From positions 90,001 to 122,000 of the forward strand of contig CAYHAA010000006.1 of assembly GCA_964354495.1 (NCBI GenBank): 32,000 nucleotides of DNA, read 5' to 3'. The DNA comes from an uncultured archaeon (GTDB lineage: Archaea > Asgardarchaeota > Thorarchaeia > Thorarchaeales > Thorarchaeaceae). Positions 8,690-18,399 of this stretch are shown piece after piece (positions within the stretch are counted from its first letter, which is position 1; each line of letters begins with the position of its first letter). The notes under the pieces are model-generated. The model did no database searches and was not told where the DNA came from. It worked only from the letters and a program-made list of their open reading frames with translations. Both the position numbers and the translations under genes were made by a program.

Positions 8690-10375
8690 ATGGTCTTGAG
8701 TTCTGTCAATGAAGTTGCAAAATTTGTTTTCATAACTGGCGGAGTTCTTTCAGGTATTGGTAAGGGTGTCACTACAGCATCCATTGCCAAGATTTTTCAG
8801 TTTCGCGGCTACAGTATTCGAATAATCAAGATTGACCCATATCTGAACATAGACCCAGGGACTCTGAACCCAATCGAGCATGGTGAGGTATTTGTCACAG
8901 ATCAGACTTGGACCTTCAGTCCTGTGAAGGGCTTTGACTTTCTCATCTCCGAGGTCGATTTAGACTTTGGCACCTATGAACGGTTCACTGGCATGGAAGC
9001 CCATCCATCTCAAAACATAACTTCTGGGCAGATTTACATGTCAGTGATAATGGAAGAGCGGAAGGGTGGATTTCTTGGAAGAACTGTTCAAATAATTCCT
9101 CACGTCACCGAGAGAATCAAACAGAGAATCTGGGACGTTGTTGGAAAAGATCCTGTGCCTAATGTTGTACTGGTAGAGATTGGTGGAACGGTCGGTGATA
9201 TAGAAGCGATGCCGTTCCTCGAGGCAGTGAGACAACTCATCTGGGAGATTGGGCGAGAGCGAGTTGCCGCTGTTCATGTGACACTAGTTCCCTACATACA
9301 ATCCGTAGGAGAATTCAAGACCAAGCCAACACAACACAGCGTTCGAACTCTTCAGAGTCTTGGCATACAACCCGACATAATGATATGTAGGTCCGAGAAA
9401 CCTCTTACAGATTCAGCAAAGAAGAAAATAGCGCTCTTCTGTAATGTTCCCGAGGCGCAGGTATTTTCTAATCCTGACATATCTGTCATCTACCGTCTTC
9501 CGCTATCTTTTGAAGAGGAGGGCCTTGGAGAGATCTTGATCAATCACTTCAAGCTTGAATCACGCACACCTAATACAGATGCATGGCGCGAAATAGTACA
9601 ATCCTTCGAGAGATTCTCTGAAACGGTCACAATAGCCATGCCAGGCAAATACACGATGCTTGTTGATTCCTACAAGAGCATCAATGAGGCATTGGCACAT
9701 GCTGCCGCCGCATGCAATGTTCGCGTCGAGATTAAGTGGATTGAAACAGAAGAACGAAGCACAGAAGAGCACCTTCGAGAAGACCTCTCCGATATCGATG
9801 GAGTGCTTCTTACACCCGGATTTGGAGCGCGAGGGGTTGAGGGCATGATATGCGCTGCAGCAGTAGCTCTCGAGTCTAAGATACCTCTCTTGGGCATCTG
9901 CTATGGAGCACAATTGTCTGGTGTTGCGTTTGCGAGGAAAGTAATGGGTTGGAAGGGTGCCAATACCACAGAGGTCGATGCTGACAGCCTTTATCCAGTT
10001 GTGGACTTGATGGACGACCAGAAGACCACTGAGGACAAGGGTGGTACAATGCGGCTTGGAGGACATACTGTTCATATTGTCAAAGGCACACGATTGCACG
10101 AACTCTATGGTGTTGACGTAGTTAGAGAACGATTCAGACATCGATTCCATCTTATTGGTAGATACATGAAGAAGATGCGCGAAAGAGGTCTTAGTGTATC
10201 AGCTTATGACTCCAGTAAACGTATTATCAACGCAATAGAACTTGCTGACCACCCCTTCTGGATTGGAGTCCAATACCATCCTGAGTTTAAATCTCGACCT
10301 GGAGAACCACATCCACTTTACTTGGGACTAATAAGGGCGGCTCTTGCATACAAGAGAGTGAGAGTGAAGTCATAG
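8690..10375 (+). CDS. pyrG: CTP synthase
   Basis: FITGGVLSGIGKG, KIDPYLNIDPGT, EIGGTVGDIE, KTKPTQHSV, GICYG (catalytic Cys), QYHPEF. Confidence 0.97.
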   Translation: MVLSSVNEVAKFVFITGGVLSGIGKGVTTASIAKIFQFRGYSIRIIKIDPYLNIDPGTLNPIEHGEVFVTDQTWTFSPVKGFDFLISEVDLDFGTYERFTGMEAHPSQNITSGQIYMSVIMEERKGGFLGRTVQIIPHVTERIKQRIWDVVGKDPVPNVVLVEIGGTVGDIEAMPFLEAVRQLIWEIGRERVAAVHVTLVPYIQSVGEFKTKPTQHSVRTLQSLGIQPDIMICRSEKPLTDSAKKKIALFCNVPEAQVFSNPDISVIYRLPLSFEEEGLGEILINHFKLESRTPNTDAWREIVQSFERFSETVTIAMPGKYTMLVDSYKSINEALAHAAAACNVRVEIKWIETEERSTEEHLREDLSDIDGVLLTPGFGARGVEGMICAAAVALESKIPLLGICYGAQLSGVAFARKVMGWKGANTTEVDADSLYPVVDLMDDQKTTEDKGGTMRLGGHTVHIVKGTRLHELYGVDVVRERFRHRFHLIGRYMKKMRERGLSVSAYDSSKRIINAIELADHPFWIGVQYHPEFKSRPGEPHPLYLGLIRAALAYKRVRVKS

Positions 10376-11541
10376 TGGACAAGAATCTCGACAAGCTGTT
10401 ATCCCAACTCGTTGAAGAAATAGAGCGAGTCGAGGTCACAAAGAACCGCTTTGGCGAAGTCCTACATAACATCAAAGACATGATTAGTCTTGATAGATTC
10501 CCAGCTATAGCGTCTTGTGCCGTTGAAACAACATTCACCAAGAATATAGAACCGACCAGTCTCTCTGGTCTGTGGATTGCGGGTATTGACGGTGGGCTGG
10601 TCAGACGACAGTTCCGGTCGATGGATTTGATTCTGGTTAGAAGCATCGCAGTGGTTTTTCATTTTGGACCGGAAGAGGGCCCCGATGTTGATTTCTTTCC
10701 TGATCCATTTCCTGAGCCACAGATTCGACCAATGATGCTGACTCTGTCTGCAACAGAGCTAGATCAGCTTGCTTCCTTAGAGAGAGTTGCTGCGGAACTC
10801 AGGGTAATTCTCTCAGTTCTCGATGAATTCCATACTGACTTGATTCTCGTCGATGGCTCATTGTTTTACCATCCGCGAGACCGCCCCCAGAGCGGCTCAG
10901 TTGTCTATGAAAAATTCCAAGAGGTCCTTTCCCTTTACAAACAGTTGTACAACAAGGTACGTAAGAAAGGGACAACTCTTGTAGGAATTGTAAAGGACAG
11001 TAGGTCAAGTAGGGTTACCAGTATTTTGGGAGATATTCTTCCCCACATACTACGTGAGCCAGCCATCTTCGAGATGATGCAAGGAGTCGACTACCGATGG
11101 TTGCTCAAAATATCCAGAGACTGCGATATCCTGGATACATTCTTAGAAGAGGGCGAAAGGTCCTTTATTTTTAGATACTCATCAGAGCTTCAGAACAATT
11201 CTAATTCGCTGCCTGACGACCTGGGAAATTGGGCTTCTTCTATCTGGGTGACCTATCTGAAAACAGCTCAAAATGACCTTCCACTACGGATTGAGATCCT
11301 TGTTGATGATGACTCCAAAGCGAATGTATGGAAGGTTGACAAGGCATTAGCTGCATTGCTCCCCCTCTCTTGGCAACATCCAGAATATGGAATTCCGACG
11401 CCAATACTTGAGGCTGACGCTAGAGCACGAATAACAGCTAATGAAACGAGCATGGTGATTGACCGATTAATGGCTCTATCAGGGCTCACCTATACAACTC
11501 TTGAAAAGAGGCGATCAAGAAATCCATTTGGAGGAAGTTGA
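10375..11541 (+). CDS. nurA: NurA 5'-3' nuclease
   Basis: AGIDGG and ILVDGSL acidic motifs, LVGIVKDS, YGIPTPILEAD..ARI; immediately upstream of herA. Confidence 0.85.
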   Translation: MDKNLDKLLSQLVEEIERVEVTKNRFGEVLHNIKDMISLDRFPAIASCAVETTFTKNIEPTSLSGLWIAGIDGGLVRRQFRSMDLILVRSIAVVFHFGPEEGPDVDFFPDPFPEPQIRPMMLTLSATELDQLASLERVAAELRVILSVLDEFHTDLILVDGSLFYHPRDRPQSGSVVYEKFQEVLSLYKQLYNKVRKKGTTLVGIVKDSRSSRVTSILGDILPHILREPAIFEMMQGVDYRWLLKISRDCDILDTFLEEGERSFIFRYSSELQNNSNSLPDDLGNWASSIWVTYLKTAQNDLPLRIEILVDDDSKANVWKVDKALAALLPLSWQHPEYGIPTPILEADARARITANETSMVIDRLMALSGLTYTTLEKRRSRNPFGGS

Positions 11542-13060
11542 AATATCAACAGAGTATCCATCTTCGGCTAGACTAGGAACCATAGTGTCCACAGACTCAG
11601 GACCCAATGTAATGGAGTTTTCTTTTGTTGTGGAGGGCGGTCCAAAAGAGGTTGTTGCAAGGCGTGGCGAGTTTGTATCAGTAGTAACTGAGAATGGGAC
11701 TGTGATTGCGAGAGTACTGGATCTAGTCCGAACAAACAGATACTATCAACATGCGGAGGCAGTGAAAGAATATCAGTCGCGAGGAGAGCCACTACGCTCG
11801 ATATTTCCCACAGATCGATGGCAATATACTATAGCGAAAGCAAGAGTACTGGGTCTATGGGCTGAGGGCAGGACGATTCGTCCATACTTCTCCGTGTCAC
11901 CAGGAGCAGTTGTCAGAAGGCCTGATGAGGACATACTGGTATCATTTCTAAACCTTGACCCCAAGAATGGACTACACTTAGGAAGACTTGCATACCAGAG
12001 TCTTGAGTTCACACCGTCAATTGACCGTTTACTTTCAAAGCATCTGGCCATATTGGCCATGAGTGGGGCTGGAAAATCCTACTTTGTTTCAGTGTTATTG
12101 GAGGAATTACTTGCCCGTTCCAAGGAACAGGGACGGCTTTCAGTCATTGTCATCGATGTGCATGGCGAGTATAGCTATCTCAAAGACATCAAGCCCGATG
12201 ACATAGGTTTCGCAGAAGGCGATTTCAGAGTTGAGCACATCAGAGCATCACATCTCCAGATACCTGTTCAATCACTCACTGCTGAGTCAATCGGTGCCTT
12301 GGTTGCAGATATGAGTTCGATTCAGGTCCGTGATCTCAGACGTATAATCTCCGAGATGCAAGATACTATGAAGTCCGGTTATACACTTGCTGACATTGTA
12401 ACCTACATACGAGATGATGAAACTGTAAGTAAGAATACAAAAGAGGCTCTCATTAGCTGGCTCATTAATCTTGATGAAACAGGCCTATTCGGAAAGGGCG
12501 CTACACCTGATATTCGAACCATTGTAAAACCCGGTAAGATTACACTGATTGACCTGAGCGATTTCATCAGTCTAAAGAAGAAACAGATAGTCGTATCCTA
12601 TCTTGCGAATGAGCTCCTTAGACTTAGGCGAAGAGACGACATTCCTCCCTTTTTGCTAGTACTCGAAGAGGCGCATCAATTCTGCCCCGAGGGCCGTCAT
12701 GAGGTTGCTCTCCCAAAGAGCCGTATCGAAACAATCGCACGAGAGGGGCGAAAGTTCCATGCACTCCTCTGTCTCATATCTCAGAGACCCGTCAGACTCT
12801 CAACCACAGTACTCAGTCAATGCAGCAATCAAGCTATTTTTCGGTGCACAAACCCATACGATCTTGACCATATTGGTCGATCAACTGAGGGTATCGACCG
12901 ATCATCACTTGATGCAATCACGACACTTGAGATTGGCGAGGCATTATTCATTGGCGAAACCGTTTCAGTGCCAACATTCGTGAAGATACGCCAGAGACGA
13001 TTCGAGCCCACTGGATTGTCTCAGAGCCTTACTGAGGCTGTCAAGAGGGCTGACAAGTAA
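11501..13060 (+). CDS. herA: HerA/FtsK-family ATPase with N-terminal HAS barrel
   Basis: HAS-barrel-like N-terminus, KHLAILAMSGAGKS, VIDVHGEY, VLEEAHQFCP, IAREGRKF, LISQRP. True start may be TTG 11528. Confidence 0.9.
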   Translation: MKRGDQEIHLEEVEISTEYPSSARLGTIVSTDSGPNVMEFSFVVEGGPKEVVARRGEFVSVVTENGTVIARVLDLVRTNRYYQHAEAVKEYQSRGEPLRSIFPTDRWQYTIAKARVLGLWAEGRTIRPYFSVSPGAVVRRPDEDILVSFLNLDPKNGLHLGRLAYQSLEFTPSIDRLLSKHLAILAMSGAGKSYFVSVLLEELLARSKEQGRLSVIVIDVHGEYSYLKDIKPDDIGFAEGDFRVEHIRASHLQIPVQSLTAESIGALVADMSSIQVRDLRRIISEMQDTMKSGYTLADIVTYIRDDETVSKNTKEALISWLINLDETGLFGKGATPDIRTIVKPGKITLIDLSDFISLKKKQIVVSYLANELLRLRRRDDIPPFLLVLEEAHQFCPEGRHEVALPKSRIETIAREGRKFHALLCLISQRPVRLSTTVLSQCSNQAIFRCTNPYDLDHIGRSTEGIDRSSLDAITTLEIGEALFIGETVSVPTFVKIRQRRFEPTGLSQSLTEAVKRADK

Positions 13061-13142
13061 ATGGTAGTACAATATCCCCGCAATCCTGATAAGATAAGAC
13101 TAGAGATTTAATCAGCTGAGATAGACCGGGGGTCTTAGGTCC

Positions 13143-13781
13143 TTGAATGACGATGAACTGAATCACGTACGGCAGTTGATTGATTCAATGCAATCAGGAC
13201 TAGTAGAACTCTTTGATCAACTGCGCGAGTTGAGAGAACATCTTCCCCTTCTCTCAGAATTGCCGCTTGGCACATCACCCTCCGTTGTTTCACTGTTTTC
13301 AGAAGTCAAGCAAACAACTACAAAGCCTGAGAATGGCGCAGAGCTCGATACTGATGAACAGTTCGGGAAAAAAGCACTTAACGATGAAGAACTGGTATCA
13401 CATCCTAGTCCTCATCTGACGCCTCCATCTGAAGATATGACAGCAATTGAATCAGACTCTTCGGAGTCGATTGCTGATTCAGTCGATGTGAGTGCTCTGA
13501 GTGCAAAGGTAAGCAGGGTTCTTGACCCGATCACACAAGAGCTGCGCACCGCTGAGGCGACTGCAGACATAATTATGGAATATCTTCAGTCTGCGAGAGA
13601 ATACTTGATTGACGACGATGAGCGTAAGCAGAAGGTAGCTCGGGACATGGATATTGTTCTGAATTTTCTAAGAGCTAGAGGGAATAGAAGCATCAGACCA
13701 GAAGAGCGTGACAACATTCTAAAAAGAATACGCCGCTGGAAAGCCCATCTGGTGAGCTATTCGGACTCTCCAGCAGAATAG
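13143..13781 (+). CDS. Hypothetical protein (helical N-terminus, acidic S/P-rich linker, helical C-domain)
   Basis: 212-aa ORF filling the gap between herA and the ArsR gene; protein-like composition; no family recognised. Confidence 0.7.
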   Translation: MNDDELNHVRQLIDSMQSGLVELFDQLRELREHLPLLSELPLGTSPSVVSLFSEVKQTTTKPENGAELDTDEQFGKKALNDEELVSHPSPHLTPPSEDMTAIESDSSESIADSVDVSALSAKVSRVLDPITQELRTAEATADIIMEYLQSAREYLIDDDERKQKVARDMDIVLNFLRARGNRSIRPEERDNILKRIRRWKAHLVSYSDSPAE

Positions 13782-13798
13782 GTTCAGAAGAGATTCAT

Positions 13799-14089
13799 CT
13801 ATTCCAAGTCAAGTATGACGCGTTTTACTTTTGTCTTTGATATCTTTTTCAAACCATGCTGACCTGGTTCATATCTACAATCAAGTAGACCTGCCTCATA
13901 AAGAATTTTGATTTGGGCACTAGCGTTTGCCTCTGTTCCACCGAGGTGTCTTGCTACTCGTGTTACATCTTTCTCTCCTTGGAGAAGAAGTCTAAGTACT
14001 TTTAGTCTGGTGGCTGAAGATAAGGCACGTCCAATACGTAGTATGGCATCATCATTGTCAATTTGCAGTGTTTCGGACAGTTGTAACAC
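13799..14089 (-). CDS. ArsR/HTH_20-family transcriptional regulator
   Basis: RALSSATRLKVLRLL...DVTRVARHLG.TEANASAQIKILYEAGLL winged HTH. Confidence 0.8.
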   Translation of the reverse strand: MLQLSETLQIDNDDAILRIGRALSSATRLKVLRLLLQGEKDVTRVARHLGGTEANASAQIKILYEAGLLDCRYEPGQHGLKKISKTKVKRVILDLE

Positions 14090-14222
14090 CTCATGTGAAC
14101 TTTAGCCAGTTGCTCAAGTCAGTCTTTATTATACTTATTGTTTGGAAAGCCCTACATGATTGGGCTCATAACTCAACGGTCAAAAGGGTTCATGGCCATT
14201 TAGTCTGTCGTCCTGTAAGTGA

Positions 14223-16262
14223 GTGCTGAGCCGAATGGGCGATGAAAGTGTATTCATTATTGGTTTTGACATATTGCCATCGCACAGTCCTGGGTCCAAG
14301 ACTCCCCCTAAATTTGCCTGTGTCATAATGCGTGATGACGTCATCCTGAATGAGCACACAGAAGTATCCAGAGGTTCGCTTCTGAAGTTGGTCCAAACAA
14401 CCGTTCCAAGGTGGTTCTGCACAGACAACATCTTTGAGATAGTATCTGATAGCAAATCATTATTTCAACTGGCAAGCCGCATCCCAGCTGAAACAAGAAT
14501 TGTCCAAGTGACTGGAGTCCCACCGCATCAGACTCAGCTGAGGATCTTGGCTCAGCGCCATGGTATCAATATACAAGGAAAACCGAGTGCTTTAGAAACT
14601 GCAAGAATTGCAGCACAGCTTGCAGCAAAGGGTATCGGCCACTCTTTGGAGTGTTTCAGTGAACAGACCGAGATTAAAGTATCTCGAGCACGGAAGTTAG
14701 GCCGTGGAGGCCAGAGCACAAATCGGTATAGACGGAGAATTCATTCTGAGATTCAACAGATAACGCGTTTTATTGAATCACAGCTCAAAACCGCTGGAAT
14801 CGAGTATGACATTGATATACGCGCCTCTGATTTTGGGTATGCAAGTGCTCGTTTCACGGCAAACGCTCCTCTACCAGTGATTCGAAGCAAAATCGAGCCA
14901 AAGAGGGGCGGCGACTTCAACATCCTGATATCACCGGTTCGCAAACGGGTCGAGTTCTTGCCTCTTCAACCAGTTTCTGGTCCTTCCGAGAGCAAGCCAA
15001 AATTCTTCATTCTTGGTGTCGATCCGGGTATAGCTGCAGCCTACTGTCTTATGTCACTAGACGGCAATGTCAAGGTTCTAAGGAGCAAGAAAGGTCTGAC
15101 TAGAGCTGATATGATACGTGAGATATATGAAACAGGTATTCCAGTCATTGTAGCTTCAGATGTTCCACAGGTCCCTCATTTTGTGGAGAAAATAGCGAGT
15201 GCAGTCAATGCTGCAATATTCACTCCCGCAAAGGCCATTTCTGTTGCTGAGAAACAAGAGTTGGCACGAGAGTATGACAAGAACATCAGAGTTCGCAACG
15301 CACATGAGCGTGATGCTCTAACAGCTGCTGTCTATGCCTATAGGGCAGTCCTGCCCAAACTGCAACAGATTGATCGAATCGTGAGAGAGGAACAGCTTTC
15401 GATTGATAGGAACCATCTGAAGGCACTCGTAATCAAAGGTACAGCGATTAATGAAGCTAGGGCGAGTCTAGAACACAGAGGCTCTCAAATCATCGAGGGC
15501 ATACCAGAAGAGAAGCCGTATCCGCCCATTGAAGAGAAGTTGACCCCAGAGAGGTTCGAGGCGCTCAAGAGTCATCTTGAACAGATAGAGGGTGATAACC
15601 AAGTACTGGCAGAGAAGGTAGAAGATCTTACTCGATTCATAGAGCTACTCAACTTCAGAGAAAGTGAGCTCATGGATAGTCTTGAGATTGTCACCCGAGA
15701 AAACTATTGGAAAGTGAAACGCGATAGAGAGGTGGAGAAGACAAAGGCATCGCTGAGGAGAGCTGAAGGGGAGATTGTCGAACTCAGAAAACAGGAGGCT
15801 ACGCTGAAGAGTCGATTGGAGCTTCTCAAGGGGGTCAGACACCTCGAGATGAAGGGCGATACCTTGGCTATAAAAGTGATTCCACACTTCACTCGAGAGA
15901 GCATTGAAGACTATAGCTGCAGGGTCGGCCTTAAACGCGGCGACATCATTTTGTTTGAGGATGCTTCTGGTGGTGGCCCTCAGACTGCAGGACTACTGAT
16001 CGATAGAGAGATTCGAGCGGTCATAGTTAATACTTCACTCTCGCATCTTCCAAGAGAAGAGCTTGTTCGAGCACTTATACCGATTATTGATGCGAAAGAT
16101 GTAGAACTTAGACAAATTGATGAGTTTGCGTTTATCAGTCGCAAGAAGTTTGAGGCCATACTTCAATCATTCATCAAGGATGTACGTGAACAAGCAAGAC
16201 AGAAAGGCGAGGAACAACTTGTACAAATGATTGAAAGATACCGACGAGAGATAGAACGCTAA
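14223..16262 (+). CDS. DUF460/COG2433-type protein (RNase H-like fold plus long coiled coil)
   Basis: GRGGQS..RY.RRIH, ILGVDPG...A, PVIVASDV...P..V.KIA, NAHERDALTAA, followed by a coiled coil. Confidence 0.8.
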   Translation: MLSRMGDESVFIIGFDILPSHSPGSKTPPKFACVIMRDDVILNEHTEVSRGSLLKLVQTTVPRWFCTDNIFEIVSDSKSLFQLASRIPAETRIVQVTGVPPHQTQLRILAQRHGINIQGKPSALETARIAAQLAAKGIGHSLECFSEQTEIKVSRARKLGRGGQSTNRYRRRIHSEIQQITRFIESQLKTAGIEYDIDIRASDFGYASARFTANAPLPVIRSKIEPKRGGDFNILISPVRKRVEFLPLQPVSGPSESKPKFFILGVDPGIAAAYCLMSLDGNVKVLRSKKGLTRADMIREIYETGIPVIVASDVPQVPHFVEKIASAVNAAIFTPAKAISVAEKQELAREYDKNIRVRNAHERDALTAAVYAYRAVLPKLQQIDRIVREEQLSIDRNHLKALVIKGTAINEARASLEHRGSQIIEGIPEEKPYPPIEEKLTPERFEALKSHLEQIEGDNQVLAEKVEDLTRFIELLNFRESELMDSLEIVTRENYWKVKRDREVEKTKASLRRAEGEIVELRKQEATLKSRLELLKGVRHLEMKGDTLAIKVIPHFTRESIEDYSCRVGLKRGDIILFEDASGGGPQTAGLLIDREIRAVIVNTSLSHLPREELVRALIPIIDAKDVELRQIDEFAFISRKKFEAILQSFIKDVREQARQKGEEQLVQMIERYRREIER

Positions 16263-16289
16263 GTTTCTTCTCTGAGAAGATGATATTCA

Positions 16290-16517
16290 TTACTCCGGGA
16301 TTTGTATCCAAAGGATATTATTACCTCTAATCAGTATCTGACCATACTTTGCCAATATCTGTTCATTTTCAATCTCTTCAGCTTCAGCAAGTGTGAGGTT
16401 CATGTACATGTCACACCTAGTTAAGCGACCTCTGAAGATTCTCTGATCCTTGAGCTTGACAGAAACCACATCTTCAAGCTGTTGTTCAAGTGCTTTGATT
16501 GGCAGTCTTTCTGACAT
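16290..16517 (-). CDS. Sm-like (Lsm/SmAP) protein
   Basis: V.VKLKD.R.FRG.L..CD.YMNL.L..AEE and ILIRGNNI (Sm1 and Sm2 motifs). Confidence 0.92.
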   Translation of the reverse strand: MSERLPIKALEQQLEDVVSVKLKDQRIFRGRLTRCDMYMNLTLAEAEEIENEQILAKYGQILIRGNNILWIQIPE

Positions 16518-16662
16518 ACTGTAGGCCTCTCGACAGTGGCCAATTGTGAGGATTATAAAGCCTTTGCTACAAGACGTCTGAAAAAAAGGACCGGAGCGGA
16601 AGAGTCAACTTGTATTGACGCACATCCAGTCTTGAAAATCAAACGGACCAAAGGCTATCATA

Positions 16663-17652
16663 ATGTCACTAGTTTGTCTTGGACTTGAAGGGACTGCACA
16701 CTCATTCGGTGCTGGCATAGTCACGAGTGAAGGAAATGTGCTTGCAAACGAGTGGGACATGTTGAAACCCTCTCAGGGAGGCATCCATCCTCGCGAAGCC
16801 AGTAGACATCATTCCGATCTTGGTCCAGGAATAATCTGCAGAGCAATGGAAACTGCAGGCCTGGGCTACAAAGACATCAACCTGATTGCTTTCTCAAGAG
16901 GCCCGGGTCTGGGTCCCTGTCTAAGGACCACTGCCACGATGGCACGAACGCTGGCACTGAAGCTCGACATTCCTTTGATTGATGTCAATCATTGCGTTGC
17001 ACACATTGAGATTGGTAGCCTTGAATCCAGATTCGAAGACCCCGTCACCGTGTACGTTTCAGGAGGAAACACTCAGGTTATCGCATTTGCGGGAGGTCGT
17101 TTCAGGACCTTCGGAGAAACACTGGACATTGCTGTTGGCAACATGTTGGATGTACTTGGTCGTCATCTTGGGATGGATTTTCCAGCAGGTCCTCTGATAG
17201 AGAAAGAGGCCAGGGCTGGTAGTCATTTCCACAGTCTTCCCTACTCTGTTAAGGGCATGGACATAAGCTATTCAGGTATGCTCACTGCAGCAAAGAAACT
17301 GGTTTCTGATGGAGTTCCGATTCCGGACATTTGTTTCAGTGTTCAAGAAACAGCATTCGGCATGTTGGCAGAGATTGCTGAACGAGCCCTAGCACACACT
17401 AAGAAGGACGAGCTTCTACTCACTGGTGGTGTAGCACGTAATGACCGTTTGACTGAGATTCTAACAGGTGTTTCAAAGCGTCATGGTGTACGATTCCATC
17501 GGGTTTCGCCTTCTTTGGCTGGCGACCAAGGCGCGATGATTGCTTGGAATGGTATCCTTCAATACAAGTCTGGGCACGAGATTGAAGTCGAGAGCTCATA
17601 CGTTCTTCCAAAGTGGAGAACAGATGAACAAGACATACTCTGGAGGCACTAA
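16663..17652 (+). CDS. kae1: KEOPS tRNA threonylcarbamoyltransferase Kae1
   Basis: LGLEGTAH, GGIHPREA..HH, GPGLGPCL, VNHCVAHIE, YVSGGNTQ, GETLDIAVGN, DQGAMIAW. Confidence 0.95.
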   Translation: MSLVCLGLEGTAHSFGAGIVTSEGNVLANEWDMLKPSQGGIHPREASRHHSDLGPGIICRAMETAGLGYKDINLIAFSRGPGLGPCLRTTATMARTLALKLDIPLIDVNHCVAHIEIGSLESRFEDPVTVYVSGGNTQVIAFAGGRFRTFGETLDIAVGNMLDVLGRHLGMDFPAGPLIEKEARAGSHFHSLPYSVKGMDISYSGMLTAAKKLVSDGVPIPDICFSVQETAFGMLAEIAERALAHTKKDELLLTGGVARNDRLTEILTGVSKRHGVRFHRVSPSLAGDQGAMIAWNGILQYKSGHEIEVESSYVLPKWRTDEQDILWRH

Positions 17653-18284
17653 TGGTGAAGGAAGATGTTCTCGCTCTCGGTGCAGAGTCTGTCATTTTCA
17701 AAACTGAGAGATGGAATCAGGTATTCGTGTTGAAATCACGCCAAGCAAAACCGTATTTGCTAGAGGAGATTGACTCACTACTCAGGAAGACCCGGACTGC
17801 CAGAGAGTGCAGGACACTCATAATTGCTCGCACTCTAGGGGTTCGTACACCTGCAGTATATTCAGTAGATCTCAACAATTACACAATCTTGATGGATTTC
17901 ATTGAAGGAACACAATTCAAACTGCTCGCAGAGAAGCTTCCCGAGAGGCAGCTCACCAGACTGTGTTTCAAATTTGGAGAATCAATTGCATACCTTCATG
18001 AAGGTGAAGTTGTGCATGGTGACCCCACTACGAGCAATGTAATCGTTGACAACCAGCGACGACTCTGGCTTATTGACTTCGGACTATCGGAGATGAATGC
18101 CACGGTAGAAATGAAGGGTGTGGATCTTCATCTCATTCGCAGAGCTCTAGAAACCACTCACTGGAATAGACAAGAATCCATGCTAAATGCTACCATAGAA
18201 GGATATGTTGCTGTGCTGGGGGATAGTGCTGAGGGCCCTCTGTCAAGAATGGATGAGATTCGAGAACGTGGCAGATATCACTGA
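17652..18284 (+). CDS. bud32: KEOPS atypical kinase Bud32
   Basis: GAES, RT.RE, GV.TP, VHGDPTTSN, IDFGL, VDLHL, RERGRY; TAATG overlap with kae1. Confidence 0.93.
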   Translation: MVKEDVLALGAESVIFKTERWNQVFVLKSRQAKPYLLEEIDSLLRKTRTARECRTLIIARTLGVRTPAVYSVDLNNYTILMDFIEGTQFKLLAEKLPERQLTRLCFKFGESIAYLHEGEVVHGDPTTSNVIVDNQRRLWLIDFGLSEMNATVEMKGVDLHLIRRALETTHWNRQESMLNATIEGYVAVLGDSAEGPLSRMDEIRERGRYH

Positions 18285-18325
18285 GGAGTTATCGTACCCA
18301 CATTTCCGGTCACCATAAGGCAATC

Positions 18326-18333
18326 TTTATATC
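18326..18333 (+). promoter_or_regulatory. Putative TATA box of the rps15 operon
   Basis: TTTATATC about 70 nt upstream of the rps15 ATG. Confidence 0.45.
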
Positions 18334-18399
18334 TACACCACAAGGGCAAGAAAACAGGACCCGAGTTTTCTGGGGATTGATGACCTAGAGGTTGTCCCG

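Noticed and set aside
9560-10150. Long antisense ORFs (also 412-951, 2367-2819, 18429-18785, 21107-21608 and other short track ORFs)
   Set aside because: They lie wholly opposite or within well-supported genes and show no recognisable motifs (shadow ORFs).
10375-13060. HerA plus nuclease as an anti-phage defence system
   Set aside because: The partner is a canonical NurA, HerA has a HAS barrel, and the context is housekeeping with no defence-island or mobility genes.
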